In this document: positions 11,301 to 35,480 of the stretch, one piece after another | Position numbering within the stretch: the first letter of the stretch is position 1 | Layout: every line of letters starts with the position of its first letter | Source: Lingula anatina | Taxonomy: Eukaryota; Animalia; Brachiopoda | DNA: 64,000 nucleotides | Reading direction: 5' to 3' | Assembly (NCBI GenBank): GCA_051362555.1 | Contig: CM120641.1 | Span: 39,314,401-39,378,400 of the forward strand | Position numbers and translations under genes: made by a program | Notes under the pieces: generated by a model | Told to the model about the DNA's origin: nothing | The model's database searches: none | The model's input: only the letters and a program-made list of their open reading frames with translations

Positions 11301-14300
11301 TCTGCATAGATAATCCAACTTGGTGGGCACTCTGGCGAAGTGCAATCAGCTTAACTGAATGACATGCCTTCTCTTGTTTCCAGCATACTCGTATACTCAC
11401 CAACTATTTTGTATTCTACTCAACAACAGTTCAGGAGGAGGCATGTCATTCAGTTAAGCTGATTGCAACCAGCATGAGTCCCCACAAACTTGTATATCAA
11501 TGGTGTCTACTGGAATGGAGCCTAAGTGTCAACGAATTGATGCAGATAACAATCACTGCTGCAAACATTCAAATTTTCATTTTCATTAAAAAAAGTCCAT
11601 CTGGGTCAAAAAAAAAAAAAAAACATCATTTTCACAGAAATTGAATTAGATGCTTCAGCAATACAAACAATATCATCTTACCCCTCTTGTTTATAGATGG
11701 TGCTAAAACAATGGGCAATGCCTCTGTAGCGGTGGACATCCTCTGGGCCTCCCTGGATTTGAAACCTGGTCTTCACCAGGTCTAAGGGATGCATGAGGCA
11801 CACCTCAACAAAACCTACAGAGACAGTTGAGGAATGAACTTCTTTTTTTACCAAAATTATTTAATCTTATGTTCAAATTTACATGAAACAGGTTCTATTT
11901 CAATTTTTTTTTTTTTTTTAGAAAAAGTGATTTTTCTGCTATAATGGCAATGAACCCAGATCAAAGTTTAATACAGAGCAGATTTTTTCCCAACAAACCA
12001 CCCTCCCCCAACTATCAAGGACCCTAAAGAACCAACTTTCCTGGCAATTGCTGCTAATCACTGACATCACAGTCTTCAGAATTGATTAATGACATATATC
12101 CTGTGAACACCACAATTTATCACGCCATTCATGTCCATGGTCCACTATCGTTTTTTCATTTATTCATAAGAAACAGACAAAATGTTGCATTATCAACCTT
12201 TTGTGTTTTCATAGACTTTCATAAAGCATTTGATTGCATCGACAGAGATTATTTAATGTGCAAACTATTGAGATCTGGTATAGATGGTAAAGTATACTGG
12301 GCTATTAGAAACATATGTTAATTTCAATTGAAATGGTGTAAAACACAAATACTACGGCGCTCGTGCAGTTAGGCAATTTAACTAAGTGTAATACATCCCT
12401 GCATTGGGCAGGTGGCGCCACAATCTCTATACCGATACGCGGGCCGACATGCGTAGTGGTAGTTAGTGATCACAGCACCAGGTTTAAACAGCATTTGCGA
12501 AGCAGCAGCGGGAGGTTAAGCATGAGTATAGCGAAGCAGTAATAGACTTTTGTGATCAATGGTGAATGATATGAGCGACAGTAGGACCAGTGTAGACGAT
12601 ATATCCTGGGATACGTATTTAATGAATATAGCACAGGCAGTGGCCCCAGGAGTATTAGAAGAGGAGAGCGGCGAATTGAACGTAAACCGAACAACAGAAG
12701 CATCGGAGACTGCCACAATGTCGGAGTTAGATGATTTCTGTGGGAAATACAGCCTGGGGGAGTCAACAAAAGTCATACTAGCCCAAAATGGCTTTACCTC
12801 AGAGAGAGCCTTGAAGTTGTTGAAGGCAGATAATATAGGAGCTCTTAATATTCAACTCCTGGCGGAGAGGAGATTGCTAGAGGCAGCTATTGAGAACAAT
12901 AACGGAAGGAGGGGAGGTCCCAGCGCCGAACTTCAACAGGCACAGAGCAGAGACACAGAGGCCAGATTGCAGACTGGGGATGATCTGAATGAGAGACTAG
13001 CAAACCTGATTGGAAACCAGACAGACACAAGCAATGGGATGAGAAGTCAACCTCAGCTCCGTATTCCACTTGATTATGAAAAGTCTAATAAATATCTTGG
13101 AGTTACCTTAGCAGATACACTTAATTATAGTACGAATGCAGATGTGATGTCTAATGCTGCAGGTAGGGCACTGGGTTCCATTATAGCTAAGTATAAACAT
13201 CAAGCAGGGGCGGATTTAGGCCGTCTTCTGGGTCTTCCAGAAGACGGTCAGATTTTCAAGTTTACATTGACGGGTATCTATTTTTTTCTGTCGGAAGACA
13301 GTCAAAAATGGAGGTTGGATCAACAAAGATAATTTGGAAGACTGTCAGAAAATATCTCTGGATCCGCCCATGTCAAGGATACATGGGGTATTCCACATAC
13401 ACAAAGCTTTATGATTCTTTTGTTGGTCCCTTGTGTTAGTTGACTATGCAGCAGGTGTTTGGGGATATAATGACTATAAGCAGCTAGATAAAACCCAGTT
13501 TAGAACCGCCAGGGTATTTCTTGGGGTGCACAGATTTACTCCTCTTCTGGCCATAGGAGATATAGGTTGGATGAATACTAAGTATAAAAGATGGTTGCAC
13601 CTTATAAGATTGTGGAACGGACTTTTGAACATGAGTGATGATAGGATCACAAAACAAATTTTCCTTAGAGATTATGACTTGGCAAAAGAGGGTAACATTA
13701 ATGGGGCTATACGCGGAGCCGTTTGTCCTAAAGAGGGCGCTGGGGTAATAGTGGTTATTGAAGATAGCCTCGTTTTCGCGTCCGTGTAGAAATGGCTTTA
13801 GAGTATGGGAAGCAAACGGTAGCGAAGTTAAAACTTCAACTAGTTGAAAGAGGAACCTCCACAAGAGGAAAGAAACAGGATTTGATAGAAAGGTTAGTGT
13901 ATTTACTTATAAATGTGTCAATTGTATCACTAACATTGAAGGTTCCGCGCTCGAATCTTCCCGTAAAATATGGGTTTCTGTGTGAGCTCCCTGTCAAAAG
14001 CCAGGTGTAAGCGGCGGCTAGTTCCGCACTACTTATATGCCTAATTTATTACTATATTTCAAGATAATGATATTGTCATTGCATATTTCCATATTCCGAG
14101 AATATGTTTAAAATATGTTTATTGTAGGCACTCCTAGTCGATAAAGGACCGTTCGTTTCGGTAATCAAATTTCGTGTACCAGGTCCGACATTTGACACAT
14201 GACTTGTGTCAACGCAAATTTGTGAAGGAGAAACAAGGGTTGATGCGTGTTTTATGTCAATGACAGTTGACATATCTAAGTGTAGATGAGGTAGACAATC

Positions 14301-17300
14301 AAAACAGTGTTTGCCAAGAATGTTAGCATCGTTTTGTTAGCATCATTTTTTCACTCCCTCATAACCTTGCATTGATGTTGGTAGGTCACACAGAAGGAAG
14401 TGTCAGAACTTGAAAACAGAACTAGAGGCCAAAGTTAAAGTCGAGTGTGGCATGAAGAAAGATCATGGAGAATAACAGCATCGAGGTAGGTGTGCAAACG
14501 AAAATAAGTTTGCTAGTTTTTTACTTGTTCAAATGTTTTGTATCAATATCATGTCATAGCTTGAGCTACTATATGTACCTGTAGTTGCATTTTAGTACAG
14601 AAATACAAGTTGTGAGATGATATATCATGGTTTGAAGGTCAAAATTTAATGCTATGAATGTACAATTTCATTTTGCATTTGAAATACAAATTGAAAAGAA
14701 GAGTAAAAAAAAAACCTATCTCACTAATTTAATTTTATCATTTTTAGGTTTGGTGATATTTTGAACGCAACCAAAAGACGAGACAAGGACAAATTATGCC
14801 AGTCACTCCTGTTTACCCATGAAATCAATACTCCATATTTCTTATAATTTACAGACATATAGTCGTCAACAATGTCACATTCTGGCCAAATGTTCATTTC
14901 ACTGAGCTGGAAAAACATAAAGTTGCTTATTATTTCTGACACCGTTGTTACCGATAGCTTGAAACGGAGAGCTAAATAATAATTGTCAAAGGCTTGTCTC
15001 CATTTAATAATGGTAAAAAAACATTGGTCCTCTGGTGACAAACATTTGAAATTCAAGTGGTGAGCTGCTGGCCCAAGGCAATTGAAAAACAACATGAAGT
15101 GTCCAAAATGACTAAATCCAGTTAGATACTGGGCAGCCTTTGCATTTTTCTGGTACAGCATGATGCTTTCTCTTGTGTCTGATGGTGTAGTGATATCACA
15201 CTGGGAAGCTGTACTTTCTTTTTGGCTCTCACCAGGGCAGTCTTCATGTTTGTCTTCCACTGCTTCATCTGCTTGAGACTCAACCTATAGGATACAACAA
15301 AAAATAAATACAGAAGTTGATAACTTACACAAAGAAAAATACTTCATGTATTAATTAACACATAAAATCAGTGACGCAGATCTGACTGCCTCTTTAGTGC
15401 GTCTCTAGTATTTCTAGTATTTACACAGATAATTATACAAATAAAAAGAAACATTTTATTTATAAATTTGTTATTATACCATGCGTTATATTTACTTCCA
15501 CTTCATGAATATAATCAGGAGCTGTTGGTACTGTCACCGGATCTGATACTTTGCGGCGTTTAGCTAGACGGCTAGTACGTGATGATGGTACGTCTTTCAC
15601 TTTATTAAATGGAAATATGGATGGTAGGCCCTATCGTTCCTGGCTTCAGTCTTTTTCTCTCATCTGCAAAAGGAGTGCACATAACGATTATTAATACAAT
15701 AAAAATCAAGTTGTCTTAATTTGAAAACGTGGCCTTTAAAAAACCTCATGGATTATCACATAAAAACGAAGAAATAATTGTAGTGGCTGGTAGGGGTTGA
15801 CCCGGGCTCGGTAGCTTAGTCGGTAGTGTGTTTTCTCCCCCCAAATCGCTACATAATGTTAGGTGAAGAATGTCTTTAAAATTAACATTCTAAGCACGTT
15901 AAACAACATAATTACTTAAACATCGATAACAAAGACCTAATGAATAAGCTGACAAACTCATTATAATAATAATAATAATAATAATAATAATTTATTGAGC
16001 ACTGAAATGTTTTTACATTTAGAGGCTCTCTAACTACTATACATTATACATACGAAAAGATAGTAATGATAGTAAGTAAATGAAAGAGAGAAAAAAAATA
16101 CTTATATAATGTTACACAATATACATTCTCTTAATATGCAGGTGAGATGCATGAAATCATTTGTGCACTTCCACTTAATTACGTTTTTTCATAATTTTAC
16201 TTACAAAATTCCCTACTGCAATCGCACTCTGCTCAGTGGGTGGGTTTAGAATGATGTCAAGCTGTTTGACCTCGTCTGTTAGACCTTGCAAGTTTACCTC
16301 TGGTATGCATTCAAACAGCAATTATTATTAATACTAAAAGCGACAACAGCAAGTATAACTTACGTAGAAGTGTAATCTTCCTCACGAAAGTGGAGGAAAC
16401 AGACATTGTCATGTGCCTTTGGTTTCCATAGTGTTTTTGATGTAGAATAAACCCCCTTGATGGCAACTCTCCACTGGTAACTCAGCTTTGTGTCTTTCGG
16501 AAAAGAATGACCTCCTGTTGACGATGTTCATTCCGGAACACAACAGTATCCTGGCATTATTTAGAGCGCTATTTACAGCGTCAGATTAAAAATGAAACTG
16601 CAAACACACGAGAAAGTACGCGCATGCGCAAAAGTACCCCAACTAAAGCACGCGCGCCACCCAGTGGTGAAAAAAACTGATAGCCCCATTGGTGTGCTCA
16701 GGTCTCTCAAGTTTTAGCTGTTTGTGAAATGGAGCATTTGTTTAATGATTTAGTTTCTTGTGATGTTGGCGTTATAAAGAATATATTATTTAAACTGCAA
16801 GAGAGAGTATGGAAGGAAGCCATGTTAAAAAAGCCCAAGTTAAGGGTCTATAGAAAACTTAAAGAAAACTAGTAAAAATTATGTTAAGTATAATTTAAAA
16901 GCTGCAGAAAGATTGATCATGGCCCAGTTCAGATCAGGAGTTCTTCCATTATATGTAGAAACAGGCCGCTTTGTTAACAAAAAATTGGAAGATAGACTGT
17001 ATTCTCTGTAACTATAACAAAGTAGAAGATGAGTATCATTTTTTATTTGATTGTCCAATTTATAAAAATTTAAGGTAAAAATGGTGTGAAAAAGTAAAAA
17101 TGGGTGATCTTATCTTTCATGACCTGGAGGAGGTTAAAGAGAGACCTCAAGTGCTTTTTACAGACTTTCATAGAAGCACAGCGAGGTTTCTCTTTAACTG
17201 CTTTCAGGTCAGAAAGAAGTTGCTATATAATTAATGTTTGATAACCAGTGACTTTGTAAGCCCATAGGGCTGGGCCGTTACTTATATATTCACATTATTG

Positions 17301-18917
17301 TATTATATTTGTATATATGTTAGGCATTGTAAATCAATTTAACTAACTGTTGGTAATCTTAATAAAACCAAAATTCTGCATAATATTATTAAGACTGACA
17401 GCAAATTATTTCAAAGTCCCAAAAATATATACTCCAATCAAAAATTCACAGCATGAATTCATTTCTATACATAAAATTCATATTGTATCCAAGACGTCAA
17501 ATATTTGCTTTTGTTCTATGTAAACTACTTAACAGCTTCAATAAATTTACTAATCATAAATTTTCAATGCAAAATCACATATATCTGCAATGACAATATC
17601 GATATGGACTTTGATCTAGCATACTTGGTAGAAACTAATAAATTCTACACCTGTTAAAAACCTTTGAAAAAAGTAGCTTGAATTATAATTTAATGACTTT
17701 TTCACAATTTAACAATGTCTTAATTTTCAGAAATGACTTTAAAATACAGTATCTGTAAAACTTATTTTCCCCATTGAAAAGATCGAGCCATTACGTACCT
17801 TAGTCAAACGTGATCTGCACACCATTGAAGTTTAATGATGGGGGAAGGAAGGTAGAGAGAGAGGGCCCCTTTCTATTTACATTAATGTTCAACGTAGATG
17901 GATTCAACTCCATGGGGACACTTGCTGAATGCAAGCACTTAAACAGATTAACACATCTTTTGTTTCTCGTGTTCTCATATAATCACCAGCTTTTCTGTAT
18001 TCTACTCAATGCCAAGAAGAGGCGTGTCGTTCAGTTAATCTGATAGCATTCGGAGTAAGTCCCCACAGTGACCGATAATGTCATTGGGGATGAGCAGAGA
18101 GAGAGAAGATTTAAAAGAAATATATGATAACTTTCACGCCCATTAAAAGTCAGTATGTTGTTTTCCACAGACTTTTTTAACATGTTAATTACACAAAATT
18201 ACCATTTTATTGCTTATCCATTAAAAAAACTTTTGTAAGACCATAATTCATTGCATTGTTACAACCTGATTACACTTAGAACACATTTACAATTACTACT
18301 AAAATTCCCTCCGAGACCTGCTGTTCATTCTCAACTAAAACGCACCGCCTATAAAACGTAAATGTCATGCTGTCCAAAGTACTATGTACAACTTGTTCTG
18401 AGGCAGCTCGGGTACGTTGCACACAATGTATGCCACAATATTGTCATCTCCTCTGATCTAACGCTGGTGAAAACATTGGCGCTATTCTTATTATGAAAAT
18501 GAAATTAAGGAAAAACTTTATCTCAGTGCCTCAACAGTGGGTACGGAACACCGCCCCTTAAACACCAATATTAAAACAGCTCAATCACCAATCACCGAGA
18601 TATATTCAGGCCAATCACCAAGAATTCTTGAATCACGTTTCACGCAAAATATTGGGCTCAAAAAAACGCATCACGCTCGAAAAATAAGGCCAATCACACG
18701 GAACGCAAAAGGTATTCCCTAACCTCTCAACAAACACATAAGTACATGTAGCTAGCATTATTCTTGAGCTCTCTCCTCAAACATATAAATAGCTTCCAAG
18801 GGCAACCGAATCAACTTCGACATTTATAAACGTCTTGGTTGTACCTGCACAGCCACCGGCAAAAAACTCCATGGCCCCTAGTTTAACCTGGCCGTGAGTT
18901 CTCTCTCTTCCCGTCAT
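8333..18917 (-). CDS. SLC25A21: Mitochondrial 2-oxodicarboxylate carrier, 303 aa
   Basis: Eight phase-consistent exons: 18917-18845, 11814-11682, 11081-10949, 10661-10554, 10219-10052, 9773-9592, 9365-9313, 8394-8333. Three carrier signatures PLDLVKTR, PFEVVKVK and PFDVAKSR. ODC-typical EVCLMHPLDLVKTRFQ, PKRAIKF, GRHGVFNMVYFGFY and RLGPGGAIML. Confidence 0.93.
11341..11467. repeat. Inverted repeat with 29-bp perfect arms; MITE-like hairpin in SLC25A21 intron 2
   Basis: TGCAATCAGCTTAACTGAATGACATGCCT (11341-11369) is the reverse complement of 11439-11467. Confidence 0.85.
12325..13060 (+). mobile_element. Foreign insert in the LINE: gag-like ORF fragment with a SAM-like helical domain (possible DIRS/Ngaro 5' part)
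   Basis: GC/purine-rich segment replacing the LINE RT core. It encodes LDDFCGKYSLGESTKVILAQNGFTSERALKLL...LLAERRLLEAAI, which is SAM-like. The family assignment is from recalled resemblance only. Confidence 0.45.
13205..13372. mobile_element. MITE with CAGGGGCGGAT termini and 5-bp TSD TCAAG
   Basis: Ends CAGGGGCGGATT...GATCCGCCCATG, with TCAAG on both sides. Removing it restores the LINE frame KYKHQGYMGYSTYTKLYDS. Confidence 0.85.
13703..16687. mobile_element. ISL2EU-type (PIF/Harbinger-related) DNA transposon, internally deleted and defective
   Basis: TIRs GGGGCTAT...ATAGCCCC with AT target duplication; the empty site restores LINE codons ATT AAT TGG. Minus strand: THAP domain from ATG 16557 (CCVPE*...HSFP...W...W...VCFLHF), RLKPGTIPSIFP exon near 15620 and HTH_Tnp_4-like exon 14820-15290. 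Plus strand: SAP domain exon 13792-13892. Confidence 0.88.
18146..18365. repeat. Diverged direct copy (about 220 bp) of 7849-8066
   Basis: Shared AAAGTCAGTATGTTGTTTTCCACA...ATTGCTTATC..TTAAAAAACTTTTGTAA...ACCTGATTACACTTA...TTTACAATTA.TACTAAAAT.CCCTC. Confidence 0.85.
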
Positions 18918-18989
18918 CGTGTTCTCTCTCAAATCAACAGGTAAAAAGTCCTATAAGTTAGGGGAGTTCCCTTCGAAGTTTAGATCTTA

Positions 18990-19030
18990 ACTCAACTCCG
19001 CGCCATGTACGTCACTTCCTTCAGGTGATG
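18990..19030 (-). promoter_or_regulatory. Probable SLC25A21 core promoter motifs
   Basis: CGCCATGT (YY1-like), ACGTCA (CRE half-site) and CACTTCCT (ETS-like) clustered about 90 bp upstream of the ATG. Confidence 0.4.
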
Positions 19031-20238
19031 TGGCAGGTCTCGATGCATCAATAATTTATGGTTTTAGTTACGATCATGCAAAAGATAGACTATACGAGTA
19101 GTGTGAGGATTTTATATTTTAATAGTATCAAGATTTGCATGACTCGTTCAAAAATACATTTTTGACTAAATTCAATAATCCTGTTTAAGTTGTAGGTGCA
19201 AAATGAATCTTATATCTGTTTGTGTATGGACACGCCCCCAACTTCTTCAATATAAATCAACAAACGAACTAATAATACACCTTGGTTAATGTTTAATAGC
19301 CTGAATCTATTTTTCTCTTTCTTTAAAATGTAAGCAATTCTGATTGTATCATGCCATTTTCTTTGACAGATGCACTGAGCCCTCTCTTTTAAAGTAAAAT
19401 ATTTTCCTACATATCATAATTTGAGCAAAAGAAGCATACAAAGGAATTAATGCTTTCCAATATTTAGTTACAGCTAAGAGTTATATAAAAAGTGATGAAA
19501 CAACATGACTGTTCAGCAAATGCTGTTAATAAATGCTTTATTGGTAATCATTATAAAATAAGATATTACTGCTACTGTAAACTACAGTATCTTTCAACAT
19601 TTTAATGTTAAAAAACCAGTGGGAGATAATCAGGTTAAGTGAGGAACAGATTATTTAGTCTTGGCTTTGTAGATCTGCCAGTGCATTGTCCACATGCAGT
19701 GTATTTGCAAATATGGATTTCACTTTATCATTTAAAGGAAAAATGAAGGCAAAAAATAGATAAATAAATAAAAAGTCCTGTTTTCATCAAAATTATGTCT
19801 ATGGCTAAATGAACACATTTGTATTTCCTCAAAATCTCAAACAATATAGTGACACCTTATTACTAAATTAATTTCTCCTCATATAAAAAAGAAAATAAAT
19901 TATAAGAAAAATGAAATGTCACATTTTCTTTAAAAAATGATATCCAAATTTCTGACAAAATAAATCATTTTCTGTTCTTTTTATCTATAAATGCCATTAC
20001 AGGTATGGTCATATCGACAATATTATGTGCTGCATAGATTTTCTCATGCATTGGCAACACTTTTATATCAATAAAGCTTCCTTTTAATGGGCCTTATCAA
20101 AAAAAATTAATTTAAATTATCCCCAACTAATGTAATAGATTGCACTGATATTTGACATCATATATTTAGGAGTTTAATATGTACCACATAACCCTTCATA
20201 TACAACATACAGTTGTGTATTTTTAATTTAATCACTTT

Positions 20239-32835
<12,597 letters not shown>

Positions 32836-33167
32836 GGTTTTCACACTTTTTCTGAAAAATAAAAATTGACAAAACTTGACATGCCCATGTGGCCAAACTT
32901 ATACTGTAGCGATACATAATAGGAAAAAAAATATGCTAATATAAGAATATTCTATGACAATTAAGTAACAATATGACAGCTAATTTTGATTCAACTAAAT
33001 GATGTGACATTGACAAAATAATTGAGCATATTTCACAAGATATTAATTTTTACCACTCAACCTAATTATAAGTGCAGATAATAGAACAATAAAAAAAACT
33101 AGTATATTAACTGTTTAATAATAGAAAAATAAATTGAACTACACAGTAGAAGCTTAATACAATTATA

Positions 33168-33229
33168 CCTCTCAGCTTGATCCCTCAATGTATTTCAGAC
33201 ATTTCTTTTCAGTCAATACTTGGAGGTAC
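33168..33229 (-). other. Probable non-coding 5'-UTR exon of ABCC10
   Basis: Pyrimidine tract plus CAG acceptor at about 33230 and donor AG|GTATAA at 33167. The coding exon acceptor is at 32853, and a first-exon donor AAG|GTAAAT lies at 35289 next to a CpG-rich region. Confidence 0.5.
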
Positions 33230-33702
33230 CTGAAAAGACAAGGAAAAAGTTATTGTTAGGCCCAATTAATTCAGCATGATTAAAACATGCTGATTCTGTT
33301 GATCACTGCACAGATAGTTGTCAGAAATACTTATTGTAAATTTCAACACATTCACTTTCTTTTGTTTTTATTTTCTCAAGGACTTACTATACATTTTAGC
33401 ACATTTACTCCCTTTTAAGCTCTCACTTTCTTTGCATAATAACTTCAATATATTCAAAGGCTAGAATTTAGTCAAAGCTGCTTACAGTGAAGTAAGTTGT
33501 AGCAGTATTCTCATGCTACATCCCAACTCTGTAATGTCAGAATCCAAAATGAATGAACTATAAAAATTTTATTTTCAAGAAAAACAAAATGAACAAATAT
33601 AACATTGAGGTATAGCTTTTCTGGGAAGATGTGTGGATCCCAACCAGGACCCTTTGAAAAGTAGCCCTGAAAAGGGCTTTTTGAAAGACTATCTAGATGG
33701 TT

Positions 33703-34092
33703 TTAGCAATCTTGCATATCTTCTTCTTCTTCATCATCAACATCAGACAGCATGGTGGAATCTTGAGTGGTATCAAACACATTATCATCTTCATCATCGT
33801 CAGAGTCATAATCTGGGATGATGTCAACTTCAGCTGCCTTGCGAAAGGAGTACTCTTGGAACATCTTACACACACCATCAGCAGAGACCATCATGAGGCG
33901 GAGCTTGTACTGGTGGACTTTCCTCCCCTGTTTTACTGCTCTGGTGTAGCGTGTCTTCAGCTCAGCTACATATTTCTCCAGCAACACAGCATGCTGGACA
34001 GCTCTCTGCATCTTGATGTAGGCAGTGTGGATATCAGTCTCAGGTTCTTCATTCACATAGTGAACTTGGTCTGTAGTGGAATCAAAAGCCAT
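33703..34092 (-). CDS. Intronless 129-aa helical protein with acidic tail, nested in the ABCC10 5' region
   Basis: Good Kozak context (AGCATGG), coding-like composition, TATATAAG at 34178-34171 and AATAAA at 33573-33568. Confidence 0.75.
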   Translation of the reverse strand: MAFDSTTDQVHYVNEEPETDIHTAYIKMQRAVQHAVLLEKYVAELKTRYTRAVKQGRKVHQYKLRLMMVSADGVCKMFQEYSFRKAAEVDIIPDYDSDDDEDDNVFDTTQDSTMLSDVDDEEEEDMQDC

Positions 34093-35149
34093 GCTGGTCT
34101 CTTTTAGGGTTCTTCAATGTTGATTGTCTCAAAGCAAGTTGAGGTATGCTGTCCAGAGGCTGCTGGTCTCCTTATATACCAGAAGCCATATGGAGCTAAT
34201 TGCTGTCAGCTGGCATGTGTCAAGAGGCAATTAGCTGCCAGGAAGAGCTTCCTACTTACCTTGACAACCAATTTACAATGGCTCTTGTCCACTGCTCAAT
34301 TTACTAGCTGCTAGATGACATCTAGTGAAGGTAACAGGTTTACTGACTGGGGTTAATGGCTAATGTCCAAAAGCCAGGTAGCATTCAAATTGACTCAATA
34401 GATAGTTAAAATGTTGATGTCACCTTGGTTTAAAGGTAGCACACAACATTAAGCTGTATTGTTGTCTAGGTGCTCAAGTCCACTGATACTAGGTCACTTA
34501 TTTAATACTACTTGAGTACAATAAAGAGTTTGTTCCTTATACCAAAGCATGGTATGTTAATTAGAAGAATTGTATTCTTCTTAGCCATGCTAAAATATAT
34601 CATTCTTCAGCTGTGCTTTATTTCTCAATTTGACCCTCTAACCCCACAATAAATACATAAATAAACATGAGCATTAATTTTGCTTTTTATCAAGACTTTA
34701 TTTATGAAATGAACATTCACTCTACTGCTACCTAATTCTTAAATATATTGACATTTCACAGCTCTAAAAGTTGTCTAAAGCATCAAATAACTGATTTTAG
34801 TTGCAGCCACCTCTCTACTTAATTAACGATCTTAATTATCTCTTTACAGTCATTTTTAACATTTTTGATACCGATAAAGTAGATTGGTCAAATTAAATCT
34901 TTTATCTACGTAGCGAGTGGGGAGGGTCATTGAAAGATAGTGGTAGAATGTAATATTAGCGCATACCAGTTCTTATCCTAAACCGACTTTTTCCTTTACT
35001 GACATGGTCTATTTGGCGCATTCATGTATCGTTGTCAGTGTCACTGTCACAAGCTCCCGTCTTATTGCGGAAGGGCGTCATGTTAAGTTTCATTGTTTCA
35101 CAGTTGATTGTTATGTTGCCGCTACACATAGCATGTAACGCCAATTAAC

Positions 35150-35480
35150 TTGCCAGTCGGCTTGTCGTCGTCAGCCGCGGCCTGCGCAGCTAAGTGACAG
35201 CCGCGACAGCCGCACATCGACTCAGTATGTTCCATGTTCTATTTAATCTACATGATAAGGATTTTAGTAATATACCAAAATTAATTTACCTTGCATTTCA
35301 ACATTTTCATGCAACTACATGTATAACATAAATAACATCGCCTCTGCCGTACCCGTTGTTGTTAATAGGTAATGAATGTCGTTCTAGATAACGACCTAGG
35401 GTCTACACTAAGCGCAAAACAGAAAACTGAACTGCATGTAGAAGCATAAGGACTATGCAGAAACGCCGGGAACGCGTTGA
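35150..35480 (-). promoter_or_regulatory. CpG-enriched putative ABCC10 promoter and first exon
   Basis: Local CpG enrichment and a minus-strand splice donor at 35289. Confidence 0.45.

Larger units (their letters stand above)
12150..17370 (+). mobile_element. Decayed 5'-truncated non-LTR retrotransposon (RTE-X/CR1-like ORF2), interrupted by three insertions
   Basis: RT segment FIDFHKAFDCIDR (about 12205). KYLGV...AAGRALGSII (13090-13190). DYAAGVWG...FLGVHRF...GDIGW...LWN (13440-13700). After the ISL2EU insertion it resumes as NWCAQV, LPLYVETGRF and EDEYHFLFDCPIY (16688-17065), with stops and frameshifts. AATAAA at 17361. Confidence 0.85.

Noticed and set aside
13792-14010. SAP-domain ORF as a host gene
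   Set aside because: It lies 90 bp inside the TIR of the ISL2EU element and is treated as part of it.
15806-15840. tRNA-like A-box GGTAGCTTAGTCGGTAG
   Set aside because: No B-box or cloverleaf follows; at most a SINE head fragment.
32836-32844. ORF-track start MKT for ABCC10
   Set aside because: That start is a GTG; the first ATG is at 32835, just after a splice acceptor.
33697-34107. 136-aa plus-strand ORF
   Set aside because: Antisense shadow of the nested 129-aa gene; the TATA, Kozak and poly(A) signals all support the minus strand.
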